The notes beneath the pieces were generated by a model. That model made no database searches. It was not told where the DNA came from and worked only from the letters and a program-made list of their open reading frames with translations. From an uncultured candidate division Zixibacteria bacterium (GTDB lineage: Bacteria > Zixibacteria > MSB-5A5 > UBA10806), in contig CAWDFP010000006.1 of the NCBI GenBank assembly GCA_963801605.1, forward strand, positions 32,001-96,000: a DNA stretch of 64,000 nt. Reading direction: 5' to 3'. This document shows positions 54,357-64,000 of the stretch, piece after piece. The position numbers were made by a program, and so were the translations under genes. Numbering within the stretch: the stretch's first letter is position 1; each line of letters begins with the position of its first letter.

Positions 54357-55747
54357 TCAGTCCGGTTTGATACTTTTTCCCCTTTTCAGAAACCTGCCAT
54401 GCCCCGCCTTGGCGACAAATTTTCCATTTTCAGCTACAATCTCACCGCGGCTTATTGTCAATACCGGATATCCCTGCAATTTGAATCCCTCATAAGGTGA
54501 CCAGTCGCATTTTGTTTGAAGGCGTCGATGCGAAATCGTCACCCTCTGATTGTGGATTGAATATTACCAGGTCAGCATCGGAGCCAAGAGAGATTGTTCC
54601 TTTTTGAGGATAAAGACCGAAAAGCCTGGCGGGATTGACGCAGAGGAGTTCAATCATTTTCGATGAGGAAAGCCTCCCCTTACCTACGCCATAAGTGTAT
54701 AGCAGCGGAAGCAGCGTCTCAACGCCGGGCAGACCATAGGGTATCTTTGTGAAATCGCCGCCCCAGCGCGCTTTTTGTTTGCTTCGAAAATGTGCAGTTA
54801 TCGGTGGCTACGACAGAGATAGTGCCATCCGACAGCCCATTCCAAAGCGCTATAGAATCGGCTTTTTTCTTTATTTGGGGACAGGTGGCATAGAGATAGC
54901 CATTAGGTTTCTTAAAAACTGAATCGTCAAATAATAGATAATGCGGGCAAGTCTCAGCATAAACATTTACGCCGCGCCGCTTGGCCTGCCTGACGATTTC
55001 AACTCCCTCCTGCGTGGAAAGATGAACGATATAAAGCCTGCCTCCCGTGGCCTCAGCCCAGGTGACTGCTCGTTGGACCGCTTCGGCCTCGATGAAATTG
55101 GGACGAGATAGCACGTGGCAGTAAGCGCCGAACCGCTTCATATCCTCTTTATTGTGATAGCGGTCAACTAGTAAATCCAGTACTCCGGCCGATTCGGCGT
55201 GGACTGTCACCATGCCACCGTATTTGGATGATTCCTCAAGAGCGGAGAATATGGCGGAATCACTGCTCATCAGCCCGGCTTTGGCATAGATCATATACAT
55301 TTTGAATGATGTAACACCGTTAGCAGCGATCTTTCCCATTTCGATTTTAGTTTTATCATTCCAGTCAGTTGGCACGGCATGAAGAGCATAATCGATTGCG
55401 ACTTGGCTATCGGCTTCTTGGCGCCTATCGCGAATTGCCTGTGATAGCGTTTTCCCTTTTTCCTGGATGGCAAAATCGATCACTGTCGTTACGCCGCCAC
55501 AGGCTGCCGCCCGCGTACCGCTGGCAAAATCCTCGGCTGTTATCGTTCCACCTGCCGGAAGCTGGAAATGAACATGGGCATCGATTATGCCCGGGAAAAT
55601 GAGCATCCCTTTAGCATCGATGATGGTCCTGGCATCGACTTGCAGATTACGTTTAATCGCCTTAATAATGCCCTTATCAATGGCGATATTGGCGACAAAA
55701 GACTTATTAGCCGTGACGATTTTGCCGTTTTGAATTAAGAGATCCAT
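54357..55747 (-). CDS. hydA: Dihydropyrimidinase/hydantoinase (HyuA-like); frameshift near 54780
   Basis: DAHVH, GGVTT.IDF, FK, VHAE, ETCPHYL and GSDAD motifs. Confidence 0.9.
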
Positions 55748-55760
55748 AAATTTTTAATCA

Positions 55761-55877
55761 TCATTGCGAATCGGTTGTATCGCTCGACGAAGCAATCTAA
55801 ATGCCTTTATAGGAAAGTATTCTTGCGCATAGATTCAGATTGCTTCGCCCCGATGAATCATCGGGACTCGCAATGAC
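55761..55877. repeat. Nested palindromic interspersed element (REP/RPE-like)
   Basis: TCATTGCGA...CGAAGCAATCT...AGATTGCTTCG...CCCGATG/CATCGGG...TCGCAATGA. Confidence 0.8.
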
Positions 55878-55882
55878 TACGC

Positions 55883-58247
55883 TCACTTACCTTCCTTCTT
55901 TTTGATCTCGCCTAGCGCCAGGGCGATTTTTTCCGCGGTTATAGGCATCGATTTTATCCTGAGGCCTAGAGCATCTTCAACCGCGTTAGCGACAATCGGC
56001 GCGGCGGGAATCATCGTATGTTCGCCCATTCCTCGCGCCCCAAATGGGCCATCCGGCTGAGCGACCTCGACTAAAATCGGGACCACTTCATCGGGGATAT
56101 CCATTGCTGTGGGAATTTTGTAGTCGGTGAAATTGGCATTGAGGATTTTGCCCTTATCGTTAAATTTCATATCCTCGAAAAGCACGGTCGCTATTCCCTG
56201 CAAGAGGCCCCCGGCAATCTGCCCTTTAACCAAATCGGGATTAATTGCTTTCCCCAGATCAACCGCCAAGGCAACTTTAGGGATATGCATTTTGCCGGTT
56301 TCCTTATCAATTTCAAGGATAATTCCTGCCGCGCCTACCGTGTAATGTACATTGGGGTGACCACCCTGGCTTGTTTCGGGATCGCTAAGCGCCGATGCGA
56401 ACTCCGGCATGAACATCCCTCGTCCGACAATCGGGCCGCCACGGAAAGTGCCATCGGGTTGAGGAATTCCGCCGATGACAATATCCTTGAGCGGAATCGA
56501 AAAGCCCGGCTCGACCTGCGATTTCACCTGCTCATCCTCAAGATATAGCGAGGCCCGATCCTTGCACAAGCCGCGTTCAACAACATCGAATATCTGTTCT
56601 CTGGCGTCAGTAGCCGCCCGTTCAACAGCGGTGCCACATCCCCAAGTAATATGGGAGGCCACGGTCTGCCACTCGTAGGGATTGCGATCTGTATCGGGAA
56701 GCTCCACTCTGATTTTCTCCGGCGGAACCGTTAAAACCTCAGCGGCAATCTGTGCCATGACAGTCAGAAATCCCTGCCCGATTTCCATCGCGGAAACCAT
56801 GATATTGAGACTGCCATCCTCGTTGAATTTGAGAAACGCAGTCGAGGCCGCGTTGGGCGGCATGGCCGGAGCTTTCCAGAATAAGGCAAAACCCTTTGCC
56901 AATTGCCTTTTTGGGATTATTGGATTTTACTTTTTTGCCCCATTCAATTTCATGTGACACTTTATCAATGGCCTCGAATTAATCCGTTGGGATTCATTTC
57001 AGCCCCATAAGCCAGGGAGTCGCCTCTCGCGAATGGCGTTTTTCCGGCGGAACTCCACCGGATCGATACCCAGCTTCTTGGAGACCTCGTTGATATGAGA
57101 TTCCAATCCGAATAGAAATTCGGAATATCCAAACCCGCGATAAGGACCTCCGGGAGGAAGATTGGTATATACACAAACAGAATCAATGACTACATTCGGC
57201 ACGCGATATGGTCCTGTGGCGGAAAGCCCCGCGGCGTTGACCACGTTAGCGCCGTACTCGACATAAGCGCCGGCATCCCAATGAAGAATCTGCTCCAACG
57301 CGGTGATGGTGCCGTCACGTTTGACGCCGATTTTTATTCTGGCATCTAGTCCCTGTCGTTGATAGGTATTATAAAACTCCTGAGAGCGCGACCAAAGAAT
57401 CTTGACCGGATTTCCGCGAACAGCGGTCGCCAACGCAGCAGCCAGGATTTCCATCGAAACTCCGGCCTTGCCGCCGAAACCGCCGCCAACATAAGGCGAG
57501 ATCACTCGGATATCTTTATGAGTCAATCCCAGCGGTTCGAGAGCCTGGGCAAAGAGATGCCGTTGCGTAAACGGTGATTGCGAGGCGGTGTAGACTGTCA
57601 ACCGACCGGAATAATCGTAATGACCCGACCGCGCCGTGAGTCTCGATTGCGCAATGGGCGTAACGCGGGACAGTATAGTTATCCTCCAGAACGAGATCGG
57701 CTTCGGCAAATCCGCGCTCGATATCCCCTTTGCGCACTTTTCGCCAGTGGGCGATATTGGTACCCGCCTTGGGGAAAAACCAGGGGACATGAGAATAGCT
57801 GCCAAGATCCGGATGAATAAGCGTCGGATTTTTGCCAAGCGCAGTCTTGGACGGATAAGTACCGGCGGCAGCGGCTCATAATCAATTTTCACCAGTTGAG
57901 CAGCGCTTCTTAGCAGTTCGAGCATCGCGCGCGATTACCGCCGCCACCTGTTCGCCGACAAAGCGGACTCGATCCTGGGCGAAAATATAGCGGTCGTGCA
58001 TATAGAGGCCGAATCTATAGGGAAAATCTTTGCCGGTTACAACTTTGACTACACCCGGTACTTTTTCCGCTTTGGATTTATCGATTTTTTTAATTAACGC
58101 GTGCGGATGAGGGCTTTCGACAATTTCGGCGTAAAGCAGATTTGCGGCCAAAATCGAGATCATCGATAAACTGCGCCGCGCCGGTGATCTTGACTTTGCC
58201 GTCGATACCGGGCACTGGATTGGCCAACATATTTTAGATTCGTTCAT
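55883..58247 (-). CDS. Xanthine-dehydrogenase-family Mo subunit (set A); multiple frameshifts
   Basis: GGGFGGK, PYRGFG, EIGQG and GARGMGE motifs across fragments. Confidence 0.88.
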
Positions 58248-58722
58248 CGATTTTCTCCCCCTGTCCAGGCTCGGTGATGGCATCGATAATGGGACGAATA
58301 CCCGGTACAGCGGCAGAGATTGCCGGAAAGCGCCTCTTGATTCTCGCTGTATTCGGCGGGCGGTTTTTCTCTCAAGAAGTTCGGTCGCCGAAAGAATCAT
58401 TCCCGGCGCGCAAAAACCGCACTGGAATGAATTTCTGCGCCAGAAATGATTCCTGAAGCGGTGTCAGATTGCCATCCTCCATCAATCCCTTCAATGGTGG
58501 TAATCTCAGCGCCGTCGATCTCGATTGCCAGTATCAGGCAACTGCGCACGGTTTTACCATCGAGCATGAACAGTGCAGGTGCCGCAATCTCCGCGATTGC
58601 AGCCGCATTTGGGGCTATTTCACTCCCAGCCGGTCGCGAAGCATTTCGAGTAAGGATTTCGTACGGCTCAACATCGAGAGAATATTGCTCTGGCCGTTGA
58701 GCTTGAAATTATTATCTTTCAA
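58244..58722 (-). CDS. Mo-hydroxylase [2Fe-2S] subunit (set A); frameshifted
   Basis: GCNRGDCGTC, VQCGF and GNLCRCTGY recoverable in shifting frames; GGAGG RBS. Confidence 0.8.
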
Positions 58723-58724
58723 TG

Positions 58725-59641
58725 CTACACCTCCGATAGTCTCAACAACATTTTCGCCATACTCCGGACCATTCCGTCTAAGACGAGCGCCGCGCGCTTA
58801 CGAGAGCCGCGTTCGAACATTACCTGACACATGTGCAAACGGTATTCCTTCGATGGCTCTGATATCGGTAATCGGGAATGACAATTCCGGGTATCAGCGC
58901 ATTGGGCATGCTCGATAAGCAGATCATCCGGTTCTTGCCGTAAAGCAACTTCTCGATATTTCATAAGCGCGAATGGGAATAGGCCCTACTGAACCGAAGG
59001 CAATTCGATAAGCTGCGATCAGCGCAATGCCAGATCACTAGAACACTGGCCTGCGCCAGGTCTTCGCCGGAGTATCTGCCAAGCTTGGCGTAACAACCGC
59101 CATGCTTTTTCTTCGGAATTGGAATTTCGATTGCCGTTACAATCTCGCCCTTTTTCAGAGACGGTATTCCGGGGACCACGAAACCAATCAGCTATCGGGA
59201 TTTTTCTTTTGACCTTTGAGACCCTGAACCATGACGATAGCCTCATAGGAGCAGAGCAGCGGCCCGCGAATCCATACAGGGTACTGCAGAACAGATATTG
59301 CCGACCATGGTTGCCCTGTTTCGAATGCCAACCGAGCCAACTGTTCTGGCAACTTCAATAAATAGAGGCAGGCGCTTTTTGATGACGGCGGATTCTATGA
59401 TATCAGAAAAAGTAACCAAAGAGCCAAGTGTTAGCTTACCGTTTTTTACTTCTATCTTTTTAAGGGATGACAAACCTTTGATATCGATAAGCGCCGATGG
59501 TTTGGCCGCACCTTCTTTTATTTCGTTGATGATATCGGTTCCGCCCGCAAGAATAGCGGCATTCCTTTGTTTCGAAAGAAGCTTGAGCGCCTCGGACAAG
59601 GTTGCAGGCTTAAAATATTCGAAATCATGCACAATCGGCAT
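58725..59641 (-). CDS. Mo-hydroxylase FAD subunit (set A); frameshifted
   Basis: YFKPATL.EA, AGGTD, IRNRAT.VGN and KLGR motifs. Confidence 0.85.
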
Positions 59642-59651
59642 AAAATCCCCC

Positions 59652-60477
59652 TTACTTTCCGGGCGGCATAAAGGCCACGATTCGGCACATCGACGATTCC
59701 AGTTCGATTCCGCTTGAGCGGGAAACAACCGATCCAGGCCCGCTTGTTGGACAGCTTGTCTATATCTCCGCCAAGATTTTCAGCATGGACAATTTTTTTC
59801 GGGAAAAGATTCAAATGCATCACCTGGTAGTACTCGTCCGGAGGGAAACATCTCGTCCCAGGACCTGGCCATATTTGATCTGAAGTTTTTCCTCGGCTTC
59901 GATAAAAAGATCGGGATGCCATTTGCGAATGATCGTGTTCATGGGATGGTCGGCGCTGCCGCAATCGACACCAATCCATTTGATTTTCATCTTGGCTACC
60001 CACTTGTGAAAGCCCGGCCCCGGTCCCGGATGCTTGACAAAATAGCGCATTTCGTCGGATTTTTTCTGATCCCAGGCATATTTGTGATAACCGGTGTTGA
60101 TAATCAGGATATCGCCTTTTTGGATATCGACTCTTTCGGTCAGCATTTCGGGAGTGTAAAGATCGTAATCATCGACTGCAGTCCGAAATATCGACTACTG
60201 CGCCCGGGCCGATCCATTCCTCTATCGGTACCTGGCCTATGGATCGTCCTGAGGCATGGAAATGAATTTCGCCATCCATGTGGGTACCGACGTGATTACT
60301 GGTAGTGATAATCTGGCCGTTAGCTCCCTGTCCCATGTGCGCCCCGGCGATTCGCTTGAAATACTGTATCCCGAGCGGCGCGTAGCTTGGCCAGGGAGGC
60401 GTATGGATACTGAGCCGCTGTGTCAGGTCATAGACCTTGATTTCATCCATGAATTTGAGGAACTGATTAATTTTCAT
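59652..60477 (-). CDS. Cyclase-family metal hydrolase (kynurenine formamidase-like); frameshifted
   Basis: HVGTHMD, GDILIINTG, IGVD..S.D and HAENL motifs. Confidence 0.85.
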
Positions 60478-61886
60478 CTTCCAGGCTCCTTCATATTTTC
60501 CAAAATTTTTGCCAACCCATCATAAGCCCGACCGAACGGTTCGCCCGGCGCGTTTAGCACTCCGGCTCCGATCTGACCGACACCGGCATCTTTGTGCGCT
60601 ACGCCGGTATCGATAAAGGGCAACACGTTATTTTCGACAACCTTGATGACATCGATCCCTGTCGGGGTTCCGCGGAAATCAAGATATGGTATCTGATACG
60701 CTTTATTCTCCGAGGACGTTATCTCGTACATTTCCAGAGTATAGTTTTGGGCATCCTTAGCGCTGCCACCCACAAAACCCACAATAGCGGGCGCGGAGGC
60801 AATCGCAAATCCGCCCAGCCCATAAGTTTCAGTGATAGCGCTATCGCCGATATCGGGGTTGGCATCGTTTTTAGAGAAACCCGCAAAATATAGGGCGTCA
60901 GGAATTGGCGCGGGGCCGGTGAACCACTGATTTCCGGTACCGGCCAGCTGTACTCCGAAATCAACACCATTTCGGGCCATCGTCACAACCACGCTGCTAA
61001 GCTCAATGTTTCTGGCAGCGTCAAGCGAAACTTTAGCGGCCGCCATCGATAGGTTCAGGAAGAAATGATCGTTGGAATTGATGAACTCCATCACCCTGGC
61101 TGCTGTCTCACTATCGGAACAAGTCCTCATAATGGCGGGGGCAATAATCCTAAAGAGAAGCGATGTTGCCGCACGATTCCTGTTATGAAGCTCGTCGCCC
61201 ATGTGAAGTGCCTGAGCGATGATACTCTTGAGATCGATCTGGCCGATTTTCTCAATCGCGCTTTGAAGAACAGGATATAGCGTATCATTCATCCACTTGA
61301 GGCGCACTATAACATCATCGCTATAAGCGCCATAACGAAGGACCTTACCTAAACCTTCATTCATCGTAGTAAACGCGAGATTGCCAAAGGTCTCGTTCTT
61401 AATGATAAAGACCGGCATTGACGGTGATATGATACCGGCCATCGGACCTACCGAGGCGTGTTCGTGGCAAGGGGAATATTCAATTTTCGGAGCCAGTTGC
61501 TCGGCCTCGGTGCGATTTGACGCCATCCCCTCATATATCAGCGCGCCGATTACGGCTCCCTTCATGGGGCCGCACATTCTATTCCAGGTGATAGGCGGAC
61601 CGGCATGAAGGATCATGTTATTCTTCATATCCGGGATTACATCAATCGCTTTGGCCAGGCCGATTAGAACAGGCTTACCGTCAATAATCTTTTTTACGGC
61701 ATTTTGATTGGCTGATTCGATTATCCGGCGATTGGATTTAATTATCTGACGTGAATTTTCAGCAACAATGATTGGCGGGCGCCAATCGAGTTGAATCGAT
61801 TCGATATTATTGATATCCAGGGGCTGCTTGAAACTCTCCAAACCCATATTTATGATTTTTAGCTCTTTTCCGAATAGCTCTTTCAT
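60474..61886 (-). CDS. ylbE: YlbE/YahG (DUF1116, AllG-like) protein
   Basis: LHAGPP, VGPMAG, NEGLG..LR, MGDE.HNRN and GDSA..E motifs. Confidence 0.9.
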   Translation of the reverse strand: MKELFGKELKIINMGLESFKQPLDINNIESIQLDWRPPIIVAENSRQIIKSNRRIIESANQNAVKKIIDGKPVLIGLAKAIDVIPDMKNNMILHAGPPITWNRMCGPMKGAVIGALIYEGMASNRTEAEQLAPKIEYSPCHEHASVGPMAGIISPSMPVFIIKNETFGNLAFTTMNEGLGKVLRYGAYSDDVIVRLKWMNDTLYPVLQSAIEKIGQIDLKSIIAQALHMGDELHNRNRAATSLLFRIIAPAIMRTCSDSETAARVMEFINSNDHFFLNLSMAAAKVSLDAARNIELSSVVVTMARNGVDFGVQLAGTGNQWFTGPAPIPDALYFAGFSKNDANPDIGDSAITETYGLGGFAIASAPAIVGFVGGSAKDAQNYTLEMYEITSSENKAYQIPYLDFRGTPTGIDVIKVVENNVLPFIDTGVAHKDAGVGQIGAGVLNAPGEPFGRAYDGLAKILENMKEPGR

Positions 61887-63442
61887 GAGAGTTCCTTCGC
61901 AATGAAACCAGCCAGACGGCTGGCAGCGGCGTTTGATTCCTTGACGATAACGCCAATTTTACTCAATCCCTCGACAACCATAGATCGATTTTGAGGGTCT
62001 TTATCGGTGCCGGTCACAGAACAGATAAAAGAAAGCTGCCGTCCAGATTTTTGGGCGATTGACATAGCTTCCTCAATAGCAGGAGCGATCTCCTCAAGCG
62101 GATTCATATTGGCGCCGAATCCCAGGACGATATCAAATAGGATTACGGCCGTTTCGGGATCATCAGATTCTTGAATGATTCGTTTTTTTCTGAGCGTGAA
62201 ATCTATCATCGGGTGAAGCCGTCCGAGAGTAAACTCGTCAGCGCCCATATCGATAAAGGTATGCTTTTCGCTTTTGAGAACATCGTTTAAATCATTGTTA
62301 TCCTTGATCGGAGAATTGGAATAAATATTATTCAACATGCCTTTTAACAATACCTGTGTCTCATAGCAGTACGTACCGCCACTGAAAAGTCCCCTTATAT
62401 ATTTTTGGCCAGGCGCCATACCGGTGGTTTGGGTTTTGGCAAGTTCGATAAGCTTGGCATCAGAACCTATAAATTGATTTGGCTTTTCGCCTTTCGATAA
62501 GGCAACCGCAGCCAGGGCACCTTCCTCAAGTGATTTTGCATAATAGATACGGCTGTTTGATTTTAAGTTTTCAGCGCCGAGAAATATCGCCACCAGCGGT
62601 TTGGTTACATCTTTCAAAACCGATTCAATCTTCTCAAGTGTCTCCGGCGCCGGTGGCTTGGAAACAAGAAGAATAACCTTGGTATTATCATCCGCCGCAA
62701 GCGCCTTGAGGCTTTGGATAAACATCATCCCGCGCAGATCGCGCCCGATATCACGGCTTCCGGTGCCGATTGCCTGTGAGATACCATATCCGGCATTAGA
62801 AATAATACAGCTAACCTCCTGCAGGCCGGTCCCGGATGCAGCCACAATTCCGATATCCCCGTGGTTGACGGCATTGGCAAATCCAAGGGGAATACCATTT
62901 ATAATCGCCGTACCACAATCGGGACCCATTACCAGCAAACCCTGTGATGCCGCATAATGCTTAAGTTCAATCTCCTTTTCGAGCGGGACATTATCGGAAA
63001 AAAGCATCACGTGGAGTCCTGATTTGAGAGCGCGCATAGCCTCATCACCGGCAAAACGGCCCGCCACCGAAATAATGACGAGATTAGCGTCAGGCATTAC
63101 ATTTAAAGCGGAGTCTATCGTCCGGGGAACGCCTACCGATCCCTTTTTATCCGTGGCTTTTAAGGATGATAATAATTTATCGATTTCATTGGGTAATCGT
63201 TTAGCGAGGTCTTCGTTTTCGGTTTTAAGAACAATCAGAAGATCGTTATCGCAGGAATCTCGAAGCTTGTCGTTCATCATACCCGCCGACTCCAGTATCG
63301 CTTTGTTGCTGTCGCTTCCCATAATGGCGGCGGAATCAAGCACGCCGGGAAGCTCTCCGAGCTTCTGAGCCAGACGCATCAACGTTACAGAATCGTAATA
63401 TTCGCCCTTGCGAACAACTCCATTTATAAAATGACTGTTCAT
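61883..63442 (-). CDS. fdrA: FdrA (AllF-like) acyl-CoA-synthetase-like protein
   Basis: Y.DSV.LM, FSDNV, MGPDCGT, ASGTG.QE and HPMID motifs. Confidence 0.93.
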   Translation of the reverse strand: MNSHFINGVVRKGEYYDSVTLMRLAQKLGELPGVLDSAAIMGSDSNKAILESAGMMNDKLRDSCDNDLLIVLKTENEDLAKRLPNEIDKLLSSLKATDKKGSVGVPRTIDSALNVMPDANLVIISVAGRFAGDEAMRALKSGLHVMLFSDNVPLEKEIELKHYAASQGLLVMGPDCGTAIINGIPLGFANAVNHGDIGIVAASGTGLQEVSCIISNAGYGISQAIGTGSRDIGRDLRGMMFIQSLKALAADDNTKVILLVSKPPAPETLEKIESVLKDVTKPLVAIFLGAENLKSNSRIYYAKSLEEGALAAVALSKGEKPNQFIGSDAKLIELAKTQTTGMAPGQKYIRGLFSGGTYCYETQVLLKGMLNNIYSNSPIKDNNDLNDVLKSEKHTFIDMGADEFTLGRLHPMIDFTLRKKRIIQESDDPETAVILFDIVLGFGANMNPLEEIAPAIEEAMSIAQKSGRQLSFICSVTGTDKDPQNRSMVVEGLSKIGVIVKESNAAASRLAGFIAKELS

Positions 63443-63449
63443 CTCAGAC

Positions 63450-64000
63450 TTAAATTCGATTAAATGTTAAAAACACACCAACTCCCCAATCGGCGCCGGA
63501 TGTTTCGCCTATTTGGCATAATTGCTTGGTACAAGAATCGATTTTATCATTCGACTCAAAAATGAGAGCCATGAGTAGCGCCTTTTGATGTTCGGTATAG
63601 CAGCCATCCCTGGCACATTTAAGAAAGGCGTTACTCAGAAGATTCTTTCCGATGGCATTGGCATAAATATCATTAACCAGACCCGAATAATCCCGTCCGA
63701 AAACTTTCTCGGCGGCTTTGTAGGCGGCTATCATACCTGTGTTGAAATCGTCTCCGCTGGGAGTCAAGCCGATCCCCAGCCCGCGCATCATACGCACACC
63801 GATTATGGTTTGTCCCTGTTGCATATACCTTGAGGCGCTTTTGGACTGCGCAAACATCATTATTTCCCGGGCTCCCCGGAGATCAGTAAGGTATCCTGGT
63901 TCGATCAATACGGCCAGGCTCTTGGGAGGGGAATAAGCAATTAGAGCATCTTTAAAAGTTTGAAGATTAGAAAATAATACTAAAGGTTCAGGTTCTTCAA
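63450..64000 (-). CDS. DUF2877 (YlbF/YahE, AllH-like) protein, partial
   Basis: GLG.GLTPSGDD and GETSGAD motifs; 5' end lies outside the window. Confidence 0.85.
   Translation of the reverse strand, partial: EEPEPLVLFSNLQTFKDALIAYSPPKSLAVLIEPGYLTDLRGAREIMMFAQSKSASRYMQQGQTIIGVRMMRGLGIGLTPSGDDFNTGMIAAYKAAEKVFGRDYSGLVNDIYANAIGKNLLSNAFLKCARDGCYTEHQKALLMALIFESNDKIDSCTKQLCQIGETSGADWGVGVFLTFNRI

Noticed and set aside
55883..60477. Programmed ribosomal frameshifting
   Set aside because: Too many breaks per gene and no consistent slippery sites; sequencing error is more parsimonious
1..64000. CRISPR array, rRNA, intact tRNA, transposase or integrase
   Set aside because: No regularly spaced repeats, no full cloverleaf other than the tmRNA ends, and no recombinase motifs in the ORFs

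Overview
Bacterial genomic window, probably an FCB-group anaerobe (inferred from an NYPNPFNP..T C-terminal sorting domain). It has four blocks. (1) 1-10.4 kb: a secreted protein, an RND efflux pair and small accessory genes. (2) About 10.5-33.4 kb: an apparent integrase-less island lying between an intact tmRNA gene (ssrA, 33360-33719, minus, tag ANDYSYALAA) and a displaced copy of the tmRNA 3' end at 10535-10557. It carries MarR/ABC efflux, DsrE/CGGC/NifX/DUF134 and ArsR/permease/thioredoxin/CcdA modules. It also carries an unusual hdrC-hdrB-hdrA(N)-nuoE-nuoF-[nuoG-like::hdrA(C)]-mvhD-mvhG-mvhA operon, in which HdrA is split inside its ferredoxin insert by a HydBC/NuoEFG-like NADH module. This is the best candidate for an undescribed system. 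(3) 33.9-38 kb: housekeeping-type genes. (4) 38.2-64 kb: a large purine/ureide catabolic cluster with three xanthine-dehydrogenase-family sets, xdhC, mocA, ssnA, hydantoinase, ygeW, PreT/PreA with an altered active site, two atypical fold-II PLP enzymes, a cyclase and fdrA/ylbE/ylbF. It looks like a variant of the anaerobic 2,8-dioxopurine uric-acid pathway. Many genes carry single-base frameshifts that most likely reflect sequencing or consensus indel errors, so joined gene coordinates are approximate. All calls are from motif recognition by eye; no searches were run.
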